Shown in pieces: positions 26,371-37,608 of a stretch of DNA of 64,000 nt. Position 1 is the stretch's first letter. Each line of letters opens with the position of its first letter. A model generated the notes under the pieces. The model was not told the origin of the DNA. It saw only the letters and a list, made by a program, of their open reading frames with translations, and did not search any database. The DNA is taken from assembly GCA_013265495.1 (NCBI GenBank), contig MU058103.1:622001-686000 (forward strand). Reading direction: 5' to 3'. The stretch is from Vicugna vicugna (taxonomy: Eukaryota). The translations under genes and the position numbers were made by a program.

Positions 26371-28759
26371 AGTATGCTAATTATAAATATATTTTAAAGG
26401 CAGAGTCAAGAGGATTTTTTGTCAGGTTGAGTGTTGGGTAAACAGAGATAGTTTTCTATAATTTAAAGATGGAAATATATTTCTCTAACTACCTAAGATT
26501 ATATTACTATAGGGTTTTGAGACAGGAGGGACTTCTTTTAACTTCCACCTAGGAGATAAAGGAAGAAGACCCACGTGCAGTATTTTCATTTCCCACAGTA
26601 GCTATATTATGACTTTAACATTTTATATGCTTCATAAATATATTTTTAAAAATGACACTATACTGCTTCACAAGTAGAGTAGTCTGAATACCTCATAATA
26701 ACAAAATAATCCTAATTTCCACCTTTTCCCATGTATCATTGCTATCATTCATTGTACTTATATATAAGTAAACTTATATATACACATTGATGAATACAAT
26801 ATTATTTTGAACACAGTGTTATCTGTTAGATCAATTAAGAATAAGAAAAATAATTTATTTTACCTTTATTTATTCTTTCTTTAATTATCTTCCTTTCTTA
26901 TTATATAGCCAAGTTTCTGATCTATATTATTTTTCTTCTCTCTGAAGAACTTTTTTAACATTTCTTGTGAAGCATGACTACTGGTAACAAATTCCCATCT
27001 GTTCTTCTGAGAAGGTCTTCGTTTCTACTTTACTTCTGAGAGATAATTTGCAGGGTACAGACTTCCAGGTTGATGCCTTTTTTTTTTTAATACTTTAAAT
27101 ATTGTATTCTACTATCTTCTTGCTTGCTGAGAAGTTGGAATTTTTTTCCTTATGGATTCTTGAAGAATTTTTTTCTTTATCTTTGATTTTCTATAGTTTG
27201 AAACAACATGTCTAAATGTAGGGTTTGTTGTTGTTGTTTTTTGACATTTTTCCTGCTTGGTGTTCTCTGAGCTTTTTAAATCTGTGGTTTTGTGTCTGAC
27301 ATTAATTTGGGAGAAATTCCCTGTCGTTATTGTTTCAAATACTTCTGTTCCTTTCTTTCTTCTCTTTCTGGTATCCTACACATATTTTTAAAATTTTATT
27401 GGCATTTCAAAATCCTTGGATTGTCTGTTATCTTTTTCTTATTCTTTGTTCTCTTTGTTTTCATTTTTGGTGGTATATTGATACATCTTCAAGTTCATAG
27501 ATTTTTTTCCACATCATGTACAACCTACTAAAAGCTTATCAAATTAAATTTTTGTCTCTATTACATTTCTCTAGCATTTCTTTTTGGCTACATCTTAGGA
27601 TTTCTGTCTCTCTGCTTACATTGCCCATCTGTTCTTGAATGATGTCTACTTTCTCCACTAGAGCTTTTAGCATATTAATCATAATTGTTTGAAATTACCA
27701 GTCTGATCATTCCAATATCTACGGCATGTATGGTTCTGATGATTGCTTTATTTCTTTAAATTGTGGGTGTGTGCATTTTTTTCCCTTTTGATATCCCTTA
27801 CCTTTTTTTCTTAATAGCCATACATGATGTACCAGGCAAAAGGAACTCCTATAAATAGGTCTTTGGTAATATGGTGGCAAGGTGTGGAGGGGAAACATTC
27901 TATAGTCCTGTGGTAAAGTATCAGTTTTGTAATGGGCCTGTCCCCCTGGACTGTAAAGTTCACAAGTGTTTTTCAGTTTGCTTGTTTGTTTGTCTTCCTT
28001 CTCTCACTTTAAGTGGAAAAGGCTCTCTAGAGTGGGCTGGAGTTGGGTATTTCACTGCACCCAGCTCAGTTAGACTCTGATAATCCCCCAGCAGATGAGC
28101 TGCTAGTTACCTAGTTTCTTCTGAGGGCAGGCCTTGCCAAGAAGAACAGAGTACACGGGTATATTCTGCAATGGTTCCTTTCCCTTCCCCCTGCTGGAAG
28201 CCTCGCGGGATTTTTCTTTGATATTTACTGTGGTTACTTGGTCAAGCTCCTGGAGGTAAAACTCACAATAGTGTGTAGCCCCCTGTATGACTGGGTCCCG
28301 TTGACGTTTTTAACTCTCAGACTTGTCCATACTGAACTTTGAGCAGTTCATCAGTTACAGTTTAGGTTTTTCTACCTGGGCAGTGGTTCCTACAGTGGTC
28401 TCCACTCAGAAGTCCCTGCTTTGGTAAGTCACAGCTCTCTCTATGCACCTGTCTTTTTCTCCAGTCATGCAGGCAGCTGTTTGCCCTATGTCCTCACCTC
28501 TCTTTACAGATCCAGAAAGAGTTGTGAATTTTTAGTCTGTTTAGCTTTTTACTTGTTACAATGAATTGGTTATTTCCAAGTTCCTTCCTTCCTTATACGC
28601 AGACTGGAAACCAAACCCCCCCCCAAAAAAAGTGCATATAGTTTTTAAATTAACTTTTTTAGGTGAACTGAAAACAAAATGTTTCAACCAAATTTCTATG
28701 TTGTGTGAAATAGAAATAAAGGCAACCTGGTAGAGAGGAAAGAAAAAGGCCTTTTGTGT

Positions 28760-28960
28760 TATATATTTACATGTGGTTTTGAATATCCTACTTCTTTCTG
28801 TTTAAACAATGTCTGTGATTTTTGCAAATTTTATTAATACCTTCTAAGCCTTAGTTTCTTCCTTGGAATAATGGAGGAAGTACTGCATACCTCACAGTCT
28901 GATTGTACAAAGTAAGTGAAGTATTTTTCAGTGCATCACATAATTTTTATTGTTAGTCGT
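28760..28960 (+). mobile_element. MIR fragment
   Basis: 'ccttctaagccttagtttcttcct...aataatgg...tacctcacag...ttgt' matches the MIR core. Confidence 0.55.
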
Positions 28961-31598
28961 TTGCTACTCTCCTCCCCACTCCCCAATACAAACACCCTTC
29001 TATATACACATACACCTACAACTTTCTTTGCTTAGTTGTTAGGAAGTTTCAGCTGTTATTTTCTGCTAGATTGAAACATTTTTATTCACCATAAAAATAT
29101 TTTGGAAGCAAGACGTAATTACCCAGGCTGCCCTTTGGGCTAATGAAGCTGAAAGGCTTGCACTGAAACACCATATGGGCTGTGCATGAAGGGGCCTGTT
29201 GGAACCATGCGTTTAAATCCATTTCTTCCTGAGAACAATTAGATGAAACCATCCAATTCTTCCAGGAGCTTTGAAATGATCACCTGTTGGACCCAGACTC
29301 TGGGTAAATTGCTTTCATTTAAATACGATTTGGAATTTGTTCAACTAATCACAGTCTGTTAATTGCATTTTGGAGGAAGGAAGAATTTGAATGAAGTGAC
29401 TGGTTCTTGTTAGATTCATGCCAGTAATAGGATTCAGCGTGTGACTACAGCATTCTACCTTGTTAATGTCAATAAAAGGCGGACGTTGCAAGCTGTAATA
29501 ATTAAATCACCCTTTACAAAACAAAGTAAGTTCTACATAGGAGCATGTTTTACTATACCGTATCATGTCTTATACATTATATATTTCTATTTATAGTAAT
29601 CTTCTTCTTTATCTAAAAATGTCAGATACCAATAATCTAATGTACCTTAATTAGCCAGGGCCAATTATCCATGGTGATTTTTCATCTTACCAAGAGAGGG
29701 AATTTTGAATATGGTGCTGACACCATGCTCCATAGTTCTCCTAATAAATATTTTCTCTAGTCTGGGGCAGTGAAAAGCACATGATCTTCTAGTTATGTCA
29801 TGCAGAGTTTGAATACCATCATTGTGCCAACTGTCTAGCAGAGTAAACTTGGTAAAAACATACCACTTCCCTAGGCTTCTGTCTGAAACAACCAGTTGGT
29901 ATTTTCAGAGGTATCATTGGATAAAACTAGAAAACTTTACATGTCACATTTAGCATAGTGTAACCCCACTATGAGGTGGGGTAGTGAGAGGCTGTAGTGC
30001 AGGTCTATCAGAGGTGTAGTTGTAATAAAGATATTGTTATATTGCAGTATTATTTGTTTTTCTTCTTTCCTTTCAATGATCAATATTGAGTAATCTATTG
30101 TTTATTTCTCTGGACTCTTTTCTAAACAATAATGGTATTCAATACCCATGATTTATATAAAAAATACAAGTGATCATTGCCCCTAAGTAGATTATAATGT
30201 ACTTTACCTGATATGAATAATGCATCTTGGTATCAACAAAACAAAGTACTTAGTAGTTCTTATTTTGTTCTTATAAAGACCATATGTAAGATACAATATC
30301 AAAAATAAAGCAGAAATTAATCTGCAATTCCAAAATTAACAGATTGTTGGAAGACTTTTTTTTTAACAAATGCCCCAAAGGTGAATACTGTAAGTGTTAA
30401 CTACTCACATATTCTAAAGAGAGAAGCTAGATTGATCAACACAGTTCCTGATGATAGGTGACAAACATCCATATATTCTGAGAAGTGCTTGATACATCAC
30501 CTCTGAACTTGCTGAGAGGTGACCAAAATCATTCCAGGATCTCTAGCTAGCCTACCCATCACATATTTCCAAGCTACATACAAAACAGCTAAAGTTTTAT
30601 TTTAATGAAAAAGAGAAGAGAATTTCTTGAATAGATTTCACAGGAGTAGAAGTCACTGTAATATTCCTCCCACCCTATCTATTATTAACCAGACTTCTCA
30701 ATTCCTGAAAATAAGAGTATTCTAATGACTGGACACCTATGTGATATGCCAAAGATACTATCCAGTTGGTGTAGGAAAAAGAGCTGACATAGCAAATTGA
30801 ATGTAGTGCTGGGGAAAAGTAAAGCCCTTTCAGAATGAGCCTGAAGGAGGCTAGCTCATTAATAACCTGGTTGTATAATCAATAACACAGACATACAAAG
30901 CAGAACTCAAACTGCTTTTTTCACATAGCATTAGAATCATTTTCTCTCACTAAGTATTCTTTGTTTTTAAAATCAATTCCTATCATTGTACACTGAAATT
31001 TTTACATGTTTTTGCTATTAAAAATTAAGTGATGCATGGACAACTTCATGCATAATAATTATTATTCAGCATCTCTGGTTAAACCCTTTGCATGAATTAG
31101 TAGACCCAAAACTGTGGCCATTGTTAAAGATCTAGGTACATATTGACAATCTGCAATCTATGAAGGTTACAATAATTAGAGGTCTCATTAGTTATAGTAA
31201 TAGGAGGTTCCAGCAGCCCTATATGGGAGAGCCACCACTTCATGGAAAGCATTCTGTAGTAAGTGAAAACAAAACGAACAAAAAAAGCTCTTTTTTTTCT
31301 CATTATGTGATAACGTTGACTTTTTAATATATCACTTGCCATTTTTATTTTTGTCTTGGCAATTACCTTGGATTCTTTACCCATTTTTCTACTGAAATTT
31401 TAGCTTCTGAGAGTTTTTGTATGTGGAAAATTATAAACCTTGTCTACTATGTGTATAACAAGAATTCTGCCACCTCCTTTGCATATGTTTTTATGTATGT
31501 TTATTTTAATTTTCCCATGAATTTGACTACATTAAAAAATATGAATTCAGTACCAGAATGGGCCAATTTGTATGCTAATCCACATTCATTATTTAGTT

Positions 31599-31929
31599 TG
31601 TTAATCATAAAAAAAAGTGATTTTAACAGAAAAAAAAAGTTAATTTGGGAATAGTAGAGAATTGCAATTCAGGACAAAAAAAACTAAGGCAAACTGTAGG
31701 CAAATCTGGAGAACAGAGGTGAGGCCCTTGCTTTTATTGAGGTAAAAAGGAAGTTGGGAGGAGCTGTTTCAAATAGTCCAGGATGGTGACAGTTTCTTAT
31801 TGGCTGGGCTGTTGCTGGGCAGGGAGAAATTCTTCCTTCCGCCTACCAGGGTCAGAGTGGTGGTGCATGAGATCTCCCCATTCTGGGCATCCTGACTCCA
31901 TTTTAAATGAAGTTTCCTTTATCTTCACA
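31599..31929 (-). repeat. 3' LTR of the ERV1 provirus
   Basis: TG...CA ends; adjacent minus-strand purine tract aaaggggaaaa; homologous to 34638-34972. Confidence 0.9.
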
Positions 31930-32634
31930 TTTTCCCCTTTCAATCAAGATCTTTCCTCAAAATCATTGCTGATCAACAGTTAAGTTTTTCATTTAATGGT
32001 TTACTCCTTCAATGCCAGAAAGAATTTCTTTTGGTTGCCGTGTCCCATGTCCCCACATCATAGAGAAAGTGCCCAGACTGGAAACCAGTGAGGAAATATT
32101 TGAATAACAAGAAAGGGTAGAAGGGAGAACTCTCAGGCATTTTCCATCTGAGATAAGTATTGAAGATTATCATTCTGTTGGGTGGATTACTTCTGCAGAG
32201 ACTTGACAGCCAACAGGCATAAAATTTAACAGAATAATGACCCTAGTTTGTATAATAATAATAACCCAGGAATCAAACCTGAAGGCAATCAGCTAATGAG
32301 GTTAAAGGGTCATGGATTGTCAGGTGATGATTGGTAAATGTGTAATAAGGAATGGGAACACTTCTTCCTAGCAGTCTAATCTGATAGGTAACACCCATAG
32401 ATTTGAGGGTTGGTATTTCAGATCAGAGAAAACTAAGGGGTCTCTGACATCATGAACAGATTGGGTTTTTGGTGACAGCTCCAACAGTCAGAAGGATTTC
32501 CTCCTTTTGCAATAGATAAAACAAAGAAAACGAGGGAGGAGGGCAGCAAGAAAAAGGTATACAGGCGTGGTTTGATCATCTTGGGAAAACTGTCTATCAG
32601 ATGCCATCTGCTTCAATTCCTGGGAACCTTTCTT

Positions 32635-32886
32635 TCAGGTTGCCAGATGGTATGCAGGTCCAGTCAGGTGTATTATTTTCTTATATGTGATGTGTGAATC
32701 TAAGAGCCTTTTCCTTGAAGTTCTGTAGCACAAGAGTTGTTGTACATGATTTCCAGGTCTTTCCAATTGGGGTTGAGGAGTGTCTTTCAGGAAATATCTT
32801 TTCCAATAGATAAAATCTCTGGGTTGCAAGGTATGATGTTTGAGGTCTTCATCTCCCAGGAGTGCACAGGGGAAAGACGGAAGCAT
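32635..32886 (-). pseudogene. ERV integrase C-terminal remnant
   Basis: HHTLQPRDFIYWKRYFLKDTPQPQL resembles the class I IN C-terminal 'HxxQPGDxVYWKR..KDxLQPRWKGP' motif. Confidence 0.75.
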
Positions 32887-33044
32887 GTTTATCTTCAGTA
32901 ACTAGGTCTTTACAATATTGAAGTAGATCTTTTATCAGCTGTGAATCAAAGGAGGCAAAAACTGTCTAGGAACCCGTTGAAGTTTACTAGAAACTCCCAC
33001 GATTTGAACATTTTTTGTACGTTGAGGAGTGGTTGTTTAATAAC

Positions 33045-33290
33045 AGTGAGGTTGATCACTGAAAGATTAGCTCCAGTGTCTATAAAGGCAGAGAGTCATT
33101 CCCAATCTGGAGAGCTATTTCTCCAAGCTGGTGAAGAGGAAGGGTTGAGAAAAGCCACTACAGTTCCTCAGAGTCCCATAACTAGGGGTTGGAAAAGCAC
33201 GGGAAAGGCTAGTTAGAGGGCTGAAGGTGCCTGGAGCACTTAGGTTTATAACAATATTTCAATGTCCTGACTTTTGCAATGATGACAAGC
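33045..33290 (-). pseudogene. ERV nucleocapsid knuckle and protease remnant
   Basis: Frameshifted CHHCK-SGH..CYK zinc knuckle at ~33245-33290; AFIDTGANLSVINLT with the catalytic DTG at 33072-33080. Confidence 0.75.
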
Positions 33291-33537
33291 ATCAGGAAGG
33301 GGTTGGTTTTGTTCAGGGACCTCCATTTGTTAGAGTGGAAAATTAAGGATTTCAGTGGCCTTCTTTTTATTGAATCATATAGGATGTGGGCAAGCTAATT
33401 TGCTAGATTAACTAAAGCTGGAGTGGACATGTTTTCTCATTTCTTCCTGGTCCTTTTAACTAGAAGAGAACAACCTTACTACAGGAAACATAAAAAATTA
33501 AGGGCTTAGCATCAGGATCCTCAGAAGGTCTGACTGA

Positions 33538-33850
33538 TTTTATTGAAGTATAGTCAGTTTACAATGTGTCAATTTCTAGTGTACAACATAATAGTTCAGT
33601 CATACATATACATACATATATTTGTTTTCATATTATTTTTTCATTGTAAGTTACTACAAGATATTGAATATAGTTCCTTGTGCTGTACAGTAGAAACTTG
33701 TTTATTTTATGTATAGTATTTAGTATCTGCAAATCTTGAACTCCCAATTTATCCTTTCCCACCCCCTTCCCTCCCCACTGCCCCTATAACCATCAGTTTG
33801 TTTTCTATGTCTATGAGTCTGTTTCTGTTTTGTAAATAAGTTCATTTGAT
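33538..33850 (-). mobile_element. Short L1 3'-terminal insertion inside the ERV gag region
   Basis: 'tttattgaagtatagtcagtttacaatgtgtcaatttctagtgtaca...ttttgtaaataagttcattt'; possible short TSD tgattt. Confidence 0.9.
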
Positions 33851-33859
33851 TTAAAAAGG

Positions 33860-34378
33860 GCAGTTTCTATCAGATTTGAAAAAGAAGTAAGGAGAAGTTC
33901 AGAGAAAGAAGGAAGTTCAGTGAGAGAATTGGAACAGAGAAGGGAGGGTACAAAGAGACACAGTAGGGAAGAGAAAGTTAGTACAGGGGATGCAGAGCAT
34001 GATGAAGCCTCCATTGCTTTTTTATCTTCTTTCAACTGCTTCTTTGTGTTGGCCAATAAAGAAATGGTATTTTGAAAAGAGGCAACTTTAGAGTCCTTTA
34101 TATGTTTGGAAGCCTCAAGATACCAGTTGAAATAGGCATCCCATTCAGTTTGTTTCATTTTAGAGATTTGGTCCTCTAAATTGGCTCTAAGAAAAACAGA
34201 TTTGGAGAGACTGAAAGTTCCCCATAATGATGATTGAGGTTCTCAATTATTTTTTGTTAAGTTGGTCCAATTAGTTAAAAATGAGCATGAAGAGGGACCA
34301 TTGTTTTTAAACATAAAAATGGGCCAGAGAAGGAGAAGAAGGACCCTCCTAAGGGAATTTAGCAGATTGGGATCCCAT
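33860..34378 (-). pseudogene. ERV gag matrix-region remnant
   Basis: MGSQSAK start (Gly2 myristoylation-type), then after a stop and frameshift FMFKNNGPSSCSFLTNWTNLTK..LWGTFSL..QTEWDAYFNWYLEASK (overlaps ORF 33811-34158). Confidence 0.7.
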
Positions 34379-34614
34379 TACTCAAAACCAGAGGTTTAGA
34401 AAACAGAATACTCACCAGAAAGGGCTATGCCTTCACAAAAAAGTTTTTAAAAAATTGGAAAGCCCAACCCAAAAGAGGGAGCTTGGATCCAAGAGGAGAT
34501 TTACCAAACTGAAAGGAAAAAGATGACTCTCAGAAGTGGAGGGCATTAAGGCTTAAGTGGGTACCACACATGGTTCTGAGGGTTGTTAGTTCCTCAAGGG
34601 TTTGTCTCCTTCAC

Positions 34615-34632
34615 GTCCCTTTTTAGTTGACA
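34615..34632 (-). promoter_or_regulatory. Degenerate primer-binding site, tRNA-Arg-like
   Basis: Minus strand TGTCAACTAAAAAGGGAC versus PBS-Arg TGGCGACCACGAAGGGAC (13/18; several mismatches fall at CpG positions), 5 nt from the LTR. Confidence 0.6.
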
Positions 34633-34637
34633 TGTAA

Positions 34638-34972
34638 TGTTGACCTGAAAAAAAAAAAGCCAGTTATTTTACCAGCAAAATGGATTTATTTGGAATAACA
34701 GAGAATTGCAATTCAGGACAAGCAAACTATGGCAAATCATAAGCAAGTTCAAAGAACAGAGAGAGGCTGGCTTTTATAGAGAGAAAAGGAAGTTGGGAGG
34801 GGCTGTTTTGAAGAGTCTAGGGTGGTGACAGCTTCTCACTGGCTAGGCTGTCGCTGGGCGAGGAGAAATTCTTCCTCCCTCCTGCTGGGGTCTGAGTCAT
34901 AGTGCCTGAGGGCTCTCCCTTCAGAGCTTCCTGACTCCATTTTAAATAAGGTTTCCTTTATTTATTTTCACA
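34638..34972 (-). repeat. 5' LTR of the ERV1 provirus
   Basis: TG...CA ends; shares blocks such as 'agagaattgcaattcaggacaa', 'ggagaaattcttcct' and 'tcctgactccattttaaat' with the other LTR; PBS follows on the minus strand. Confidence 0.9.
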
Positions 34973-35199
34973 AATTCAGACCTCATGGATAACCTCTTTG
35001 GTAGGTATTTTCAACATTAAAAATGAAAAACTGAGATTCTGGTCAGTTTAGTGATTTATGTAGGAAAATACGTAGAATTTCAAAAGTTGAAATTACCACC
35101 AATTTCTCCCTAGGTAATATACAGTGATTTTTCTACAATACCTTGAAGTAGTACTAAATAAGTGTTTAATACTTATCTATTTGACATGAAGTAATTCAG

Positions 35200-35350
35200 G
35201 TAATTTTCTTAACTACGCTAGGAGGTAATTGGTACTATTATGGTCATCTTACAGATTGAAAACCTGTGGCCCAGAGAGGGGAGATTCTTTCCCAAAGTAA
35301 GGTAGAAGGCAGATTTGAACTCGGGTAGTCTGACAGAAGAGACAGTTTTG
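35200..35350 (-). mobile_element. MIR fragment
   Basis: 'catcttacagattgaaaacctgtggcccagagagg...cccaaagt...agatttgaactcgggtagtctgac'. Confidence 0.65.
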
Positions 35351-37427
35351 TAACATCAGCACTTGATGTAAACAGGTTAAAAACTAGATAATGATGACCA
35401 CAAATGTGAAAATAATTCTACAAATTCACAGTAAGGCAACATTAACTAACTCTGTAAATTGCGGTCATTTGATCAGAAGTATGTAACATTATCAAAATGT
35501 CTCTAGTCTTTTAAGGCCACTGTTAAAATTCTTTTTTTTTTTAACTATTGATTTTTATATGTAGTTTGCTCTTATTTGCTATGAACAGAGACTTAATAAA
35601 TGGTTGATTTGGAGAAAAGTGTTTGCACATAGCACCCTGATACCAATCTTATTTTGCCATTTGGAGACAAAATAGAAGGACCAAAATTGCATCTAATTTT
35701 TAAAATCACAAATTTCAAAGATTCCAAACATCAGATGAAACAAAAGTGAATAAAATACATCATCTGTAAAATTTCTCGGCAAGCAATTCTTTTTTTAACA
35801 TCTCATTTAAATTTGCTTAAAATGAATCTGTTATTAACTGGACAAAAGGCGAACGTTAAAAACGTTCCTAGCTGTTCCATATTCCTAAGGAATATGTATT
35901 AAGATGCACTTTGTTCAAGGTGGCATTGTAGTCTTCCTGGCCTCTTCTGCATCATCTAATATATGGTAGATAAATATTTGTCAAACAAATGAAGGAATGG
36001 AATCTTCCATGATATTCATCCCATGATGTTTTTATACATGTTGTTCTCAGTCTTCTTTCTTTGTAAGACAAATTTGTGTTCTCTTTTCAGAGCGTTAGTA
36101 ACTTAGATGTAGTATCATCAGCGTCCCCTGGTAGTGAGCCTGAAGTCAAGCCGGGGCCTTCCATTCTGTGTGGTTTCTACGTAACTTCACACACTGTATC
36201 GCAGAATTCAGAAGCTCATTATGTATCCACTTCATGGATTCATAAAGGACTTGATATCCAGGGAAGATAGGAATTGTGGAATCAAAGATGTGATTTGAGG
36301 TTGCATCAAACGATTTGGGTATATTTGGGACCTAAGAGATAAAGAGTTAGGCATCCGTGTTTTTAATAGCATTATTTTTTTCTAACTTCTGTCTGTCCTT
36401 GTGCTCTCTTTATTCTGTATTTTTCTAAACTGTTAAAATCCTTTTGAGAATCATAATGTCTGTGTTTTCTTCTTTCTCCTGCTTAGCACCTGCCAATTCC
36501 AAATGCTTCGATTTTAATGTTCAAATCCCTTTTCAAAATAAAATTGAAACTATCTTTCTTGGTTGAGGGTGTGTGTTTAAGAATGAAAGCTTAGAATAGC
36601 TTTCAGTACTAGTATTTTTGAAAAGCTAAGTGGCTTAAAAACATAAAACTTTCACATTGGATACCCAATAACCATAGGGAAAAAAAACTAGCAAAAAAGA
36701 CAGAAAAAAAATTCAGAAGCTGAATGATGTTGACAGCTGTATTGAACAATACAGCATTCTGCAGGGAAAGTCATGAACAGTGAACACTTCTGGAACGATT
36801 AGAAAGGTGAAGTCCAGTACCTTGGAAATTATTCCAAGTGGTTTTCATCAATCTCAAATATCTCTATTATCTACTGCCCCTTTTGTCACAAGACAAATAA
36901 TGTTAATAATGATATAATGACCTTAAAAAAATGGGATCACTGGAAGATGGGCGCTTTGATTTTCCTCAGCCTCTAACTTGTTTATCCTGACTGTACAGAT
37001 TAGAACTCACAACTTCCAGGGACAGATGACATCTTCTGTGGGTGAATCAGTATTATTTCATTGGCTTCATGCTGTTGGTTCTTTCAACCACAGTGACTGG
37101 AGGGAGTCCTGGAGGAGCCAGTCAGGATGCAGTGAAATCACCTTCATAGGCAGCTTTTCAAGGAAAGAAAGGGAAGGGAAGGAACTTTTTTTTTTTTTTT
37201 TTGATTTGACCATTTGTCAATTCTATATGTCTCGTTTAAAGCTCACTTACGTCCTTTAAGATACATATTGTTATCTCATTTCTACAAATGGGGAAACAAA
37301 GCTTGGAAAGATTAATTTGGCCAGTAACATTAAATAATTAGGAAATATGCCTTTAATATATTAATTAGCTCATTTGCCTATCCATTATGGTTACTGAGCA
37401 TCCACCATGTGCAAGTATTGTTCTGAA

Positions 37428-37604
37428 CAGAGGCTGGGAAACTTTTCTCTGTGAAGGGTCATACAGTAAATATTTTAGTTTGAGAGTCTCTGTCACATTG
37501 ACTCAACTTTGTCCAGATAGCTACAGAGTAAATGAATAGCCATTGTGTTCCAATGAAACTTTATTTATACATACAAGAGGTGAAATGTATTTGGCAAACT
37601 CCTT
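37428..37604. mobile_element. MER58A-like hAT-Charlie MITE
   Basis: 'cagaggctgggaaacttttctctgtgaagggtcatacagtaaatattttag...gtctctgtc...actcaact...tgtgttccaatgaaactttatttat' matches recalled MER58A consensus. Confidence 0.8.
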
Positions 37605-37608
37605 TTCT

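Larger units (their letters stand above)
19830..28610 (-). mobile_element. Near full-length decayed L1MC1-like LINE-1, interrupted at ~19884-20078 and 24407-26649
   Basis: L1MC-type 3'UTR ('atttcccatatactcccc...cccaaagtccatagtttacatta'); ORF2 remnants such as minus ORF 21485-21796 (FNVIPIK...LILNFTW...TLPNSKTYCKAIIIKTAW); L1MC/MD-type 5' end at ~27.9-28.6 kb; many stops and frameshifts. Confidence 0.9.
31599..34972 (-). mobile_element. Internally deleted ERV1 (class I) provirus with both LTRs
   Basis: Two homologous ~330-bp LTRs (31599-31929 and 34638-34972); PPT at 31930-31940; PBS at 34615-34632; near-TSD agtt/aatt; gag, protease, integrase and env remnants in the correct order on the minus strand. 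Confidence 0.9.
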
